Origin: a virus
Taxonomy: Duplodnaviria; Caudoviricetes
Length of the DNA stretch: 49,916 nucleotides
IMG/VR virus record: IMGVR_UViG_3300017647_000296
Location: 1 to 49,916 of that record
Reading direction: 5' to 3' (one strand)
Shown here piece by piece: positions 1 through 9,217 of this stretch. The first letter of the stretch is position 1. Each line of letters starts with the position of its first letter. The translations under genes were made by a program, and so were the position numbers. Under the pieces are notes generated by a model. It did no database searches and was not told where the DNA came from. It saw nothing but the letters and a program-made list of their open reading frames with translations.

Positions 1-252
1 TCAGGCTGCCAGCAACCTCGCCAATTCGAGCGCCTCGCGGCGGACGGTGCCCGATGCAGCGCCGGGGTCGCGCATCGCGGACGCGTGGGCAAGCCCCAGC
101 CTTTCGATGGCGAGTGCATAGACGGGCAGCAGATCGCCCTTGCGGTTTTCGAGATCCTGATAGGCACCCAGCGGCAGCCCCAGATGATCCGCCATGTTCG
201 TCTGGCTCCATCCCCAGGACAACCGCAGGAAGATGAGTTCCTGATTGGTCAT
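1..252 (-). CDS. XRE-family HTH protein (host)
   Basis: WSQTNMADHLGLPLGAYQDLE HTH-like segment. Confidence 0.65.
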   Translation of the reverse strand: MTNQELIFLRLSWGWSQTNMADHLGLPLGAYQDLENRKGDLLPVYALAIERLGLAHASAMRDPGAASGTVRREALELARLLAA

Positions 253-277
253 ATGGCGAACCTTTCCGCCAAGCGGC

Positions 278-463
278 TTACCGCTTGTCGATCCTTGCAG
301 GCTGCTTGTTCCAGGTGAGGTCGGTGAAGGCGACCACGCCCGCGAAAAAGACGAATGCGCCGAGGACGAGGCAAAGCGTGAAGATGGTTTCAGCAGGCAT
401 TTTCGGGAACTCCGTGACGTTTGTCGTCACTCTGCTGAATCCCGTTTGGGGATGCCTTGACAT
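278..463 (-). CDS. small membrane protein (start may be the internal MPAETIF)
   Basis: single hydrophobic helix IFTLCLVLGAFVFFAGVVAF. Confidence 0.45.
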   Translation of the reverse strand: MSRHPQTGFSRVTTNVTEFPKMPAETIFTLCLVLGAFVFFAGVVAFTDLTWNKQPARIDKR

Positions 464-542
464 GGATCAAGGGTACCACTCGCAACGGCGCGGGTAGATG
501 CCCATATCAAGCCGGAAGACGTTTCATCCTGCGGAGTGCGCC

Positions 543-710
543 ATGATCCGGATTCTGCTTATCCTGCTTCTGGTTTTGCTGATCGGCCTTCTCCTCATGC
601 AGATCGCGCGGTCGGCGCGAGCGGCGAAGGTCGATTGGACAGGCATTACCTTCGCCATCGGCTTTGTCGCGATGGCGTTCTACCTGCGTCATGTGACAGG
701 GATCGGCTAA
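543..710 (+). CDS. small membrane protein
   Basis: GGAG SD before ATG 543; two hydrophobic segments. Confidence 0.55.
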   Translation: MIRILLILLLVLLIGLLLMQIARSARAAKVDWTGITFAIGFVAMAFYLRHVTGIG

Positions 711-955
711 ATTTTCTCGGAGCGGATGCGGGCAAGCAGCCCGCGCATGAATACGACGAGGAAGAACAGCAGAAAGCCGAATATGACGCCCAGCGTCAAA
801 TTGATCGCGATGTCGAGCTTGCAGCTCTCGCTTACGCCCGCCTTGCAGGACGGGTCGGTATAGAGCACCAGCAGCATAAGGCTGTAGACGGCAGCCGGCC
901 CCACCAACATGCCGGCCAAGCCCCAGCGGAATGCACGCGTGACGATTTCGCCCAC
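707..955 (-). CDS. small two-TM membrane protein
   Basis: two TM helices flanking a Cys-x6-Cys loop; follows rlmB in the same direction. Confidence 0.55.
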   Translation of the reverse strand: MGEIVTRAFRWGLAGMLVGPAAVYSLMLLVLYTDPSCKAGVSESCKLDIAINLTLGVIFGFLLFFLVVFMRGLLARIRSEKI

Positions 956-993
956 GGTTCGGTCCTCGATTGTGCCGCCAGACTAACCCGACT

Positions 994-1878
994 TCACGAC
1001 ACCGCAAGGGCAGCAGCGCCGCGCAAATGCAGGCGCGCGGCATAGAGCGCGATCGCCGCCGCGTTCGACACGTTGAGGGAGCGTATGGCCCCCGGCATGT
1101 CGAGACGCGCGAGCACGTTCACGGTTTCCCGCGTCTTCTGCCGCAGCCCCTTGCCTTCAGCACCCAGCACAAGAGCTATGCGTTCGCCGGCAAGGCTTTT
1201 CTCAAGCTCGGCCGGGCCCTCGGAATCGAGGCCGATGGTGGTGAAGCCAACCTTGTGCAACTCGATGAGGGCGTCGGCCAGGTTTCGGACCTCGATCAGG
1301 TCGATATGCTCCAGCGCGCCCGAGGCGGCCTTGGCCAGCACCCCGCCTTCGGATGGGCTGTGACGCGCCGTGGTCACCAGCGCACCCGCGCCGAAGGCAA
1401 CCGCCGAACGCATGATGGCGCCGACATTATGCGGATCGGTGACCTGATCCAGCACGAGCAGCAGCGGGGTGTCACGCAGTTCCGCGAGGGCGCGCGGCGT
1501 CAGCGGTTCCGCCTCGATCATTGCGCCTTGGTGAACGGCATCTCCGCCCAGGAGCCGGTCGAGCATGCGCGGTTCCACAATCTCGACCGGAAAGCCGGGC
1601 TCGAGAGATTCCGGCAGCTCCAGCCGTGCAAGGGCGTTGCGGGTGACGAGCAGGCGCGAGATGCGGCGGAGCGGATTGTCGAGGACCGCGCGGACGGAGT
1701 GCAGGCCGTAGATCCGAACCAGCCCATGCGGCGCCGGTTCGCCGGGCGAGGTCTGGCCGGGGCGAGGGCGCTCCGTGGCGTTGGGTCTTTCATGGGCCGC
1801 TTTCTGGTCGCGAAAGGTGCGGCGCAGCCGGGCGTAATGGCTATCCTTGGGCGTATGGCTCTTGCGATCGTCGGTCAT
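994..1878 (-). CDS. rlmB: 23S rRNA (Gm2251) 2'-O-methyltransferase, TrmH/SpoU family
   Basis: IYGLHSV, LDQVTDPHNVGAIMRSA, VLGAEGKGLR, SLNVSNAAAI SPOUT motifs; divergent from tRNA-Tyr/Gly as is usual in Rhizobiales. Confidence 0.9.
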   Translation of the reverse strand: MTDDRKSHTPKDSHYARLRRTFRDQKAAHERPNATERPRPGQTSPGEPAPHGLVRIYGLHSVRAVLDNPLRRISRLLVTRNALARLELPESLEPGFPVEIVEPRMLDRLLGGDAVHQGAMIEAEPLTPRALAELRDTPLLLVLDQVTDPHNVGAIMRSAVAFGAGALVTTARHSPSEGGVLAKAASGALEHIDLIEVRNLADALIELHKVGFTTIGLDSEGPAELEKSLAGERIALVLGAEGKGLRQKTRETVNVLARLDMPGAIRSLNVSNAAAIALYAARLHLRGAAALAVS

Positions 1879-1956
1879 CGCTTGTCTATAGCCGGGGGCA
1901 CGGGCGAAGGATATGGCTGAAGCCGCAAATTGCAGGCGGATTGCCCTGTCTCTCGG

Positions 1957-1985
1957 TTGACAGGCATCGGCCTTGCCGCCATAAG
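1957..1985 (+). promoter_or_regulatory. sigma70-type promoter for the tRNA pair
   Basis: TTGACA-N17-CATAAG upstream of tRNA-Tyr. Confidence 0.6.
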
Positions 1986-2056
1986 GCGCTTCGCGGTTTT
2001 CGGGTGGCCTGCTGGCCTCACGGAAATTGCGGCGTTGGACGGCTCCGGCGGCAAAC

Positions 2057-2141
2057 GGAGGGGTGTCCGAGTGGTTAAAGGAGACGGACTGTAAATCCGT
2101 TGGCTTAGCCTACGCTGGTTCGAATCCAGCCCCCTCCACCA
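2057..2141 (+). tRNA. tRNA-Tyr (GTA)
   Basis: GGAGGGG acceptor, anticodon loop CT-GTA-AA, long variable arm, GGTTCGAATCC, encoded CCA. Confidence 0.97.
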
Positions 2142-2166
2142 TCGCCTCGCCCGGACGCCCCACGGC

Positions 2167-2240
2167 GCGGGTATAGCTCAATGGTAGAGCAGCAGCCTTC
2201 CAAGCTGAATACGCGGGTTCGATTCCCGCTACCCGCTCCA
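2167..2240 (+). tRNA. tRNA-Gly (TCC); 3' end is the probable prophage attachment site
   Basis: GCGGGTA acceptor, CT-TCC-AA loop, GGTTCGATTCC, CCA; integrase ends 73 bp downstream. Confidence 0.97.
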
Positions 2241-2286
2241 GACAACCGCTTGAAAACATTGCTGTTCTACGATTCAGCATTTGAGC

Positions 2287-2317
2287 CGTGTCACTGTCGT
2301 GTCAGTGTCGTGTCACT
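2287..2317 (+). repeat. three tandem 11-bp repeats CGTGTCA(C/G)TGT, probable integrase arm-type sites
   Basis: CGTGTCACTGT-CGTGTCAGTGT-CGTGTCACT between tRNA and integrase stop; IHF-like CAACCGCTTGAAA just upstream. Confidence 0.7.
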
Positions 2318-3488
2318 TCCTCAATTTCGAGCGTGCCTTGGCGACTTTTCTATTGTTGTCCAGATCGTCGTTTCGGACGTAACCGAGTGTCGTTCTGGCG
2401 TTGGTGTGGCCCGCTAGCTTCCTGGCGGCATCGAGACTTCCCGTCGCCGCTTCAGCTTCCGAGATGGCTCCGGCCCGGGTGTCCATGCTCCAAACCTCCC
2501 TCGGAACCTTGGCCTCTTCGGCGATGGCTCTCCAGTCGGTCGCATAGTAGTTCTCTCGATAGGGAAGTCCGGTGGTCTCAGAGACAATCAGCGGTCCCAT
2601 CTTCGGCAATGATGCCTTCTTCAAGACGTGCTGGACCAGCGGGCAGGCAGTCAGATCATGACGTGTCGCCACCTTGATTTTTGCCGTCAGCGGTACGGTG
2701 AGGATGTCGTCGACGATGTCGGCGGCCGTAAGCCCTTGCCACTTTGTTTTCCCGCGGATGATGCCGCCTTTGTCTCCTTCCTCTACTGGAATCCATTCGC
2801 CGATGATATGGATGCGGCGAAGTCCGGTGTCCCACTGGAAAGCCTGCGTAAGTGCGATCGACGGACGCTTGGCCTTGAGAGCGGCGTCGCATATCGCCTT
2901 GGCCTGCGCGTACTCCATCTTCACTTTTCGGGTTTCTGGAGCTGAGAACGTCATCAGCGACAGAATCTCCCTTGCCGCCGAGCAGCCCGGAAGTCGCTGC
3001 TGGACGCCATAGGATAGAACGGCCCTCAACTTGCGGATTGCGCCGTGAGCGCGTCTCATGTGGCCGCCCGCCGCCCACTCCCGATACCAGCGTCGGAAGT
3101 CGTCGCCCTTGAGGTTGGCGATCGCTCGCTTTCCCACTGTCTTGTCGATCAGCCTCAACGACGGCTCGTAGTCACGTATCCGCGTGGTGTGCTTCAGCGA
3201 TTTGAACGGAGATTCATCATCGGTCCGATAGACGAGGATGAGCGAGGAAAGGGTTCCATTGTAGACTGGGCCGACCTCCATGTTCTCAAGGTCAGCCAGC
3301 AGTTCATCAGTCCACGCACGGCAGATGCGGGCTATCTCATCGTCATCGGTTCCGTCGTCTATCGGCCGAATTGGCAACCCATCCGGCGATTTCCTGCACG
3401 CGCGCTTCGGGCTCCAGTAATGCGCGATCGAGCCATCTGATCGCTTTCGATACTGGTAGCCGGGCCGGTCTTTTCGGAGTTTACCCAT
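2313..3488 (-). CDS. phage tyrosine integrase
   Basis: TGLRR, MDTRAG (HxxR equivalent), LAGH, TLGY catalytic motifs; ATG 3488 overlaps the xis stop. Confidence 0.88.
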   Translation of the reverse strand: MGKLRKDRPGYQYRKRSDGSIAHYWSPKRACRKSPDGLPIRPIDDGTDDDEIARICRAWTDELLADLENMEVGPVYNGTLSSLILVYRTDDESPFKSLKHTTRIRDYEPSLRLIDKTVGKRAIANLKGDDFRRWYREWAAGGHMRRAHGAIRKLRAVLSYGVQQRLPGCSAAREILSLMTFSAPETRKVKMEYAQAKAICDAALKAKRPSIALTQAFQWDTGLRRIHIIGEWIPVEEGDKGGIIRGKTKWQGLTAADIVDDILTVPLTAKIKVATRHDLTACPLVQHVLKKASLPKMGPLIVSETTGLPYRENYYATDWRAIAEEAKVPREVWSMDTRAGAISEAEAATGSLDAARKLAGHTNARTTLGYVRNDDLDNNRKVAKARSKLRK

Positions 3489-3735
3489 TGAAGTTTTCCT
3501 CTCCATCGATCACGGCGACATTGCCGCGGCCGAAAGGAGAGGCGATGCCGGCGCGCTGGTCAAAGAAAAGCTCCACCGCGCGGCGGTCGGTTCTGTTGAT
3601 AAGCCCGTCCTTTTGTGGAAAACGTCGCGTGGCGCGAAGCCTCGTCAGGGCGCGTTCGGTCAGGCCGAAGTGCTCTCGCAATTGCTGGTCCGTCATGAAA
3701 CGCGGCGGGAATGCCGGAGCATCGGCCCTGCTCAT
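3481..3735 (-). CDS. probable excisionase / small DNA-binding protein
   Basis: 84 aa, winged-HTH-like, immediately upstream of the integrase. Confidence 0.6.
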   Translation of the reverse strand: MSRADAPAFPPRFMTDQQLREHFGLTERALTRLRATRRFPQKDGLINRTDRRAVELFFDQRAGIASPFGRGNVAVIDGEENFNG

Positions 3736-4133
3736 CTCCGCCTCGCGTTCATGATGATGTGGACAGCGGCCTCGGTATCACCGGAAATCCGCCATAAGTC
3801 GTTGGAGAGCGTCGTAGCGTCGATGCCCTGGCTATCCCACCAGTCACGTTCCTTGCCCGTTTTGTGCTGGGCGGCAGGGCCGGTGCGGTGCTCCTCAGCG
3901 GTCAGCGGCAGCACCCAACGGTCGTCCGCCTTCTTGCCCTTTGCGCGCTCTGGCTTTCCGAACCGGGCGTCCGCGAAATTGATGTGCGCAGCCTCGCAGC
4001 CGAATTGCCCAGAGATCACCGACGGTAGCGATCTGATCCATGCGAGATGATCGGGAGCATGGACAGGCTCGACCTCACGGGCGCGACGTGACGTGGCAAA
4101 GGCGGTGGGGGCGCGGCGGATTGCGAAGGCCAT
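3732..4133 (-). CDS. DUF968-like HNH-fold phage protein
   Basis: HLAWIRSLPS, EAAH, DRWVLPL, EEH..QH, ERDWW motifs. Confidence 0.65.
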   Translation of the reverse strand: MAFAIRRAPTAFATSRRAREVEPVHAPDHLAWIRSLPSVISGQFGCEAAHINFADARFGKPERAKGKKADDRWVLPLTAEEHRTGPAAQHKTGKERDWWDSQGIDATTLSNDLWRISGDTEAAVHIIMNARRR

Positions 4134-4768
4134 CAGCGCGACCTCACGATACGCAGGGCCTCGTCACGAGCGGCATTGACCTCGGCCATCGCTGCGGCCG
4201 AGCCGCCGGGACGATCGGGATGAACTTCGGCCGCACGCTTGCGATAGGCGGCCTGAATCTCGGCTTCAGTCGCCGTCTTTTCGACGCGCAGCACCTTCCA
4301 CCACAGGGCGCTCTCGGCCTTTCCGGGCGCCGGCAGGGCTGCGAAGCCTGCGAACATCTCCCTGATGCTCGCCACACCGTATCGCTCGATCGCTCTGGTC
4401 GCCTCGATGTGCTTGGCGATAGCGGCGATGTTGTCCGCGACGCGGGTGTAGGTATCGCAGGGCAGGCAGTGCGGTTCGCCTTTCAGGTCGAAGTAGAGCG
4501 CGACACCGGGATCATCCGGTTCGCGCTGGCCCGATCGTGGCAGGCCGTCGAGACGCGTTTCGAGGTTGCTGCTGACGACAGGGTAGCGCGCGCCGATGCG
4601 GTCGAGTTCGTCCTGGAGCCGCGCCAGCGCGTCGGCGACCGTCAGGCTCTTTGACTCGGTCCAGCGGCCGTTGTGCTGCTTCTTGTTGAAGCGGCCGTAC
4701 TGGCGCGCCGCCACGGCTGTCCTCGGACGGCCGGCGGGCCAGTGAAGGGGATAGGCGGCGTGGCTCAT
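4133..4768 (-). CDS. phage J-domain (DnaJ-like) protein
   Basis: C-terminal WWKVL..EIQAAYRKRA..HPDRPGGS..MAEVNAA; N-terminal YPLHWP. Confidence 0.85.
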   Translation of the reverse strand: MSHAAYPLHWPAGRPRTAVAARQYGRFNKKQHNGRWTESKSLTVADALARLQDELDRIGARYPVVSSNLETRLDGLPRSGQREPDDPGVALYFDLKGEPHCLPCDTYTRVADNIAAIAKHIEATRAIERYGVASIREMFAGFAALPAPGKAESALWWKVLRVEKTATEAEIQAAYRKRAAEVHPDRPGGSAAAMAEVNAARDEALRIVRSR

Positions 4769-5619
4769 TTCACCAGCCCCTCCAGATACTCGCGCGCATC
4801 CGTGGCAGGCAGTTCGCCCTTGATGACGGCTTCAGCCTTGAGGAAGCACGTCTTCAGGAAATCGTGATGGTGGGGCATTTCTACCTTCCACGCTTTCGCG
4901 GCCATCACGAGCGCGCCGCGGCGTTCGTTGGGATCAGGAACGAGCTTGGTGTCAGTCGCGAGTTGAAGAAACTTCGCGACGGCCTCGGCTTTGAGATTCA
5001 GGATCACCTTCGGATCGCGTGGGTCGGAGGAGGGTTCGTCACCCGTGGCCCCGGTATCGGAACCCTCCTCCTGGTCCGCCGCTCCCGCGGATTGATCGGC
5101 AGCAGCGAGCGAGGGCTCGGTCCCCACATCGCTGCTGCCTGAGCCCGAGAGGGGCAGGGGGGCTTGGTCCTCGGGCTGTTCTGTCTCGTCTCGGCCGACG
5201 TCTGCCGATTCCTTGTGAAGCGTCTCGACGTCGACGCCGGTGACGTCGCGGAGAAGGTCCATCGCCTCGTGGTAGTAGGCTTCGAACTCCAGCTCATCCA
5301 TCAAGGACGTGCTGCGCAGTTCGACCTTCGTGGCCCCGCTCATGGTGGTGAAGGATTCGACGATGCCGAGCTTGAGCCGGATCGCCTTGTGTAGATCCTC
5401 GGCGCGCTTCTGGCGGACAGGGCAGGTCTTAACGACCTTGCCGAGGATCGACCAGTATTTGCGCCTCCGCCACGATGCGACCTCCTGCGTGATGATGCAG
5501 TTGACCTCCGAGCCGTTGCGATAGGAGGCAAGGCGCTCGGCATCCCATGCGGCAGCCGGGACGAGATGGCCGTTCTTGATCTTCATCTTGAACGGCGGGC
5601 TGTGCTCTGCCTTAGCCAT
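4765..5619 (-). CDS. DUF1367-like phage protein with acidic C-terminal extension
   Basis: RKYWSIL..LHKAIRLKLG..STSLMDELEF; ATG 5619 overlaps the RecT stop. Confidence 0.6.
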   Translation of the reverse strand: MAKAEHSPPFKMKIKNGHLVPAAAWDAERLASYRNGSEVNCIITQEVASWRRRKYWSILGKVVKTCPVRQKRAEDLHKAIRLKLGIVESFTTMSGATKVELRSTSLMDELEFEAYYHEAMDLLRDVTGVDVETLHKESADVGRDETEQPEDQAPLPLSGSGSSDVGTEPSLAAADQSAGAADQEEGSDTGATGDEPSSDPRDPKVILNLKAEAVAKFLQLATDTKLVPDPNERRGALVMAAKAWKVEMPHHHDFLKTCFLKAEAVIKGELPATDAREYLEGLVK

Positions 5620-6496
5620 TCTTCTGCCCCACACGCTGGACGTGGCGGCGCTTGATCGAGGTGGCGAGCGCCTGGCTCTCCTCGTCGCCCTCGAACTTCG
5701 CGAGGGGATCGAACTCGTTCCATACCTCGGCGATCGAGGCTGCATCGCTGGCCTCGGCCATCGCAGCGTCCATGCGTTCGAAATAGTCGCCGTCGGTTTC
5801 GTCGACCGGCTGCTCGTCCGTCACCTCGGCGTCGATGATCTCGCCAGTCTTGATGTCGACGGTCTCCGTGCTGACGTCGGCTTGCTTGGTGTGCTCGATT
5901 GTCTCCCTCGGCGGCACTGGCGGCTTCGGAGGCGTAGGCGCGACCTTCGGCGTGACGTCCTTCATCTCTGCGATGCGGGCGCCCTCATCCTCGTCGTAGA
6001 TGCCGGAGAAGCCGAAGGCGTAGCGCGCAGCCTGGATCATCGCCTTGTGGCGAAGCATCCGGTGCTTCATCTTCCACGGCTCGGTGTTACGCTTGCACTC
6101 GTCGTAATACTCGGTGACGACGACCGGCCGGTTCCGATCCTTGCGATACATCCGGCAGGTGATCGAGACGAGCTCGCCCTTGTCATCGTGCTCGACGTCG
6201 AACTCGAAACCGTCGCAGGCGGGATGTGAATTGACGAGGTTCACCCAGCCGTCGATCGAGACGATCGGCACGATGCCGCCGCCCTTGGCCGGGAAGGCGT
6301 AAATTTCCTTCGTCAGCGGGTTCAGGTTGTATTCGCGCGCCACCATAAGGAACGCGGCGAACTCCTCGGCGCTGGCGTTGACCATGCCGCAGGTCTTGCG
6401 GACGGTAGCAGCAAATTCCTCGGTGCGCAGGCCGGCCTTGTCGGCCATAGCATCGAGAAGCATCAGCTTCCCGTCGGTCGTGGTAATCGCGTTCAT
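5612..6496 (-). CDS. RecT/Red-beta single-strand annealing protein
   Basis: LNPLTKEIYAFP, IVSIDGW, MLRHKAMIQAARYAFGFSGIYDEDE. Confidence 0.93.
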   Translation of the reverse strand: MNAITTTDGKLMLLDAMADKAGLRTEEFAATVRKTCGMVNASAEEFAAFLMVAREYNLNPLTKEIYAFPAKGGGIVPIVSIDGWVNLVNSHPACDGFEFDVEHDDKGELVSITCRMYRKDRNRPVVVTEYYDECKRNTEPWKMKHRMLRHKAMIQAARYAFGFSGIYDEDEGARIAEMKDVTPKVAPTPPKPPVPPRETIEHTKQADVSTETVDIKTGEIIDAEVTDEQPVDETDGDYFERMDAAMAEASDAASIAEVWNEFDPLAKFEGDEESQALATSIKRRHVQRVGQKNG

Positions 6497-6696
6497 TGCG
6501 TCGGGTTCCTGTCAGTTGGAAGGGCGATGAAAAGATGACGGCGCGCGACGGCGTTCATGACGAGGCGGATGGGCCAGCTTTGCGTCCAGCCGGCGGTTTG
6601 CAGCTTGTGGCGCTCGTAGATCGGCTCGCCACGCGCGATCATGCTGAGCGCCGTGTCGACGTCCTCGATCACTCCGCCGCGCTCCCACTTCGCCAT
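6493..6696 (-). CDS. hypothetical phage protein
   Basis: translationally coupled within the operon. Confidence 0.55.
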   Translation of the reverse strand: MAKWERGGVIEDVDTALSMIARGEPIYERHKLQTAGWTQSWPIRLVMNAVARRHLFIALPTDRNPTQ

Positions 6697-6893
6697 CAGA
6701 AGGGGTTCCCCACGATGCGAAGGATTTCGACGGTGGCGCGGTCGGACGATTCCTTGACCTCGGCCACGACGACCTCAGCGTCTCCGCGTCGCGTCGGCAC
6801 GACCACGACGTCACCAACCTTCGCGCCGAACGGATCGATGTAGTCGTAGCGGTTCTGCGAACCGGAGAAGAGAACGGAGACGACCTTCATCAC
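6696..6893 (-). CDS. small beta-rich phage protein
   Basis: YDY..KVGDVVVVPTRRG; coupled. Confidence 0.6.
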   Translation of the reverse strand: MMKVVSVLFSGSQNRYDYIDPFGAKVGDVVVVPTRRGDAEVVVAEVKESSDRATVEILRIVGNPF

Positions 6894-7954
6894 GCGGCCC
6901 TCTTCTCTTCGACGCGCTCGATGCCGGCCACCGGCACACCTGCCTTGACGGCACGGTTCGCAAGCTGCTCGACGAGCGAGCGCATGTCGGGGTGATCCTT
7001 CAAGGCGACCACGGCCTTGTCGTAGTCGATGATCCGTGCCGACACGTAGGTCCGCAGCGACGTGCGGGCGCCGGTGCGGCCGGCAGAGACCTTCTGCGCC
7101 TGCGCCTCGCGCTCCTTGGCCGCTGCTTCAGCGGCAAGCCGCTCCGCCTCGGCCTTGGCCGCCTCGCGCTCCTTGGCCGACTGCTGGTCGCTCTCGGCGG
7201 CCTTGCGCGCTGCTTCCTCCGCCTCCCGGCGGACACGGTCGGCTTCCTCACGCGCCTTGCGCTGGCGCTCCTGCTCCAGCCTGTCCTGCTCGCGCAGGAA
7301 ATCGTCCTGCGCTCGCTTCAACTTCGTCGAGAGCGCCTTCGGCTCCTCACGCCAGCGATACTTCTCGTCGACTTCGCGGCCGGCGACCACGATCGGGTCT
7401 TTCTCGGCGCGGAACATCTTGTCGACCTTGCTGTGCAGGTCGGACAGCTTCTTGGCCCAAACTGCCGCCTGATCGGCCTGCGCCTGGGTCGTGACTGGCT
7501 TCTTCAGGAACTCCTCGGCAAGTTCCTTCTCGCCCGCGAACTCGATCTTCGCGGCCTCGTGGGGATCGTCCGGCAGGTTGTGGCCAATGACAGGATCGGC
7601 GACGGGCGCATCATCGGCCCATGCACCGCCGGCCATAATCGTTTCGTAGGTCTCGTGCGAGATCGGCCATGAGCAAACCCACGTCCAGATGTCGTCGGGG
7701 TCGACCATCCGCTCGCCCGCCTTGGCGACGAAACCGCTGTCATCAACCCAGATCGCCACCGGGATGTCGGCACCATCCTTGTTCCGCTTGCGGTAGAAGC
7801 CGCACTTCGGTTCTGTAGTGATGTTCAGCGACTTCGACTGTTCGCGGGTGAGCTGGCGGCCGCCGCCAAGGGCGAGCGCCTTGTTCCAGTAGGCGTAGGG
7901 ATCGGCATTTGCGACGACCCGCGCCGCAATGTCTCCAATCTGCTCCATCGTCAT
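6890..7954 (-). CDS. coiled-coil phage protein of the recombination operon
   Basis: long E/R/A/K coiled coil, C-terminal GVPVAGIE; ATGA overlap at 7951-7954. Confidence 0.7.
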   Translation of the reverse strand: MTMEQIGDIAARVVANADPYAYWNKALALGGGRQLTREQSKSLNITTEPKCGFYRKRNKDGADIPVAIWVDDSGFVAKAGERMVDPDDIWTWVCSWPISHETYETIMAGGAWADDAPVADPVIGHNLPDDPHEAAKIEFAGEKELAEEFLKKPVTTQAQADQAAVWAKKLSDLHSKVDKMFRAEKDPIVVAGREVDEKYRWREEPKALSTKLKRAQDDFLREQDRLEQERQRKAREEADRVRREAEEAARKAAESDQQSAKEREAAKAEAERLAAEAAAKEREAQAQKVSAGRTGARTSLRTYVSARIIDYDKAVVALKDHPDMRSLVEQLANRAVKAGVPVAGIERVEEKRAA

Positions 7955-8136
7955 CCTGCGTAGGCTCCTGTGAAATGGGCCTCGCACACGCGGATCGCGG
8001 CACGCGCCTCAGCTTCGAAATTCTCTCGGGTGGATTGCGGAAGGCGCTTGAACCGGGATTCGATGCGCGCCGGGTCACGTTCTCGGCTCCATGTGCCGTA
8101 GATCGCCAGAGCGACGGATTGGACGATGCCGCTCAT
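7951..8136 (-). CDS. hypothetical phage protein
   Basis: ATGA overlaps on both sides. Confidence 0.55.
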   Translation of the reverse strand: MSGIVQSVALAIYGTWSRERDPARIESRFKRLPQSTRENFEAEARAAIRVCEAHFTGAYAG

Positions 8137-8330
8137 GCCGCCTCCATCTGATCTGCGAAGAACAGGCGGCCGTCGATCAGGGCGTCGACCATCTTGCGGA
8201 TGCTGGGCGGCACGCGGCGGTAGTCGGCGCTCGACCGGCCATCCTTGGCGATGCGCTCGACAAGGCGCGCGATGCGCTTCTGCGCCGCTTCCTCGGTGAG
8301 GTAGAAAGAGGGATGGTGCTCAACCGGCAT
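8133..8330 (-). CDS. hypothetical phage protein
   Basis: coupled ORF MPVEHHPS...MEAA. Confidence 0.5.
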   Translation of the reverse strand: MPVEHHPSFYLTEEAAQKRIARLVERIAKDGRSSADYRRVPPSIRKMVDALIDGRLFFADQMEAA

Positions 8331-8538
8331 GGCGATCACCGAGGCTGGAAACGGCGTTCTCAAGATGCTGGCGCTCGTCGCGCTCGGCGATCTGTCGCTT
8401 GATCGAAGCGATGCGCCGCTCGCACTCCGCGGTCTCTCGCTGGCACCGGGTCCAGTCGTCGATCATCTTGGCGCAGATCAGGTCGCGCTCGGCCACCGCC
8501 AACTGCTCCTCAAACGAGGGCTTGGTCATCGCGTTCAT
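8320..8538 (-). CDS. hypothetical coiled-coil protein, first gene of the leftward operon
   Basis: GGAG before ATG 8538. Confidence 0.5.
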   Translation of the reverse strand: MNAMTKPSFEEQLAVAERDLICAKMIDDWTRCQRETAECERRIASIKRQIAERDERQHLENAVSSLGDRHAG

Positions 8539-9136
8539 GGATAGATGCTCCGAAGGGAGTTGCTGGACCGGCGGACGGCCCACGGGGAATAGGCGCCCGA
8601 GACGGATGGGAGGAGGGTATCCGCCTCGGGCTTATCCGCAGGCCGGGGGGCGGGAACCTGCGAATGGGAATTGGTGACGGCTTGACCGAATTTGCGGCAT
8701 CTATACCCCGGCTCAGTTGCCGGCCCGACCAACGAGAGCCGATGAGAACTCCCGCTTTTTGCGCCCGCGGCATTCGATCTTGGTGTGCTCCGGCGGCCGT
8801 CGGCGCCAGCCAAGGTTTGCGGGTCAGGTGAAAGGAAAGGGACAGGCCCTCCGGAGAGGGGTGACGCTGCACAGTACGGTTTATCGGCTTTGCCAGCAGC
8901 GAACACGACGCCCGTGACTGCGTCCCTGTTCTCGTTTGCCCGTTCGGGCGAATTGGCGACCGTGATGACGCCCACGGCCAGGCGATCGAAAGGGCGGGCC
9001 ACAAAGGGCGCGCGCTCTGCGCTGCCAGTTACATCGCTGCCTCCTGTGATCGAAAAACGCATCGGTCTTCCTCGTCTTGGGAAACCAGCCAGATCAGGCA
9101 GAGCCGTCTTGCGTGGCTGGTGTGAACGAGGAGATA

Positions 9137-9186
9137 ATTGCCACATGGCAATGATGATTGCAATGATAAAATTGCTGAACGGCAAT
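9137..9186. promoter_or_regulatory. paired repressor operators at the leftward (PL-like) promoter
   Basis: TTGCCACATGGCAA (9138-9151) and TTGCTGAACGGCAA (9172-9185) match the cI/cro operators. Confidence 0.7.
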
Positions 9187-9217
9187 TATTTCTTGACGCC
9201 GACGGGGAGGCGGGCGC

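Noticed and set aside
1-955. Left-end HTH and small genes as part of the prophage
   Set aside because: They lie outside the tRNA/att boundary, beyond rlmB
2287-2317. Tandem repeats as a CRISPR array
   Set aside because: 11-bp units without spacers and no cas genes; they fit integrase arm sites
4765-5745. ORF-track starts at 5745, 7987, 29063, 34762, 44958 and 46408
   Set aside because: These extensions overlap upstream genes; internal starts with stop/start overlaps are more plausible
8672-8760. Minus-strand segment ending in ...CCGTCACCA, possible tRNA remnant
   Set aside because: No matching acceptor stem or TTCG T-loop could be built
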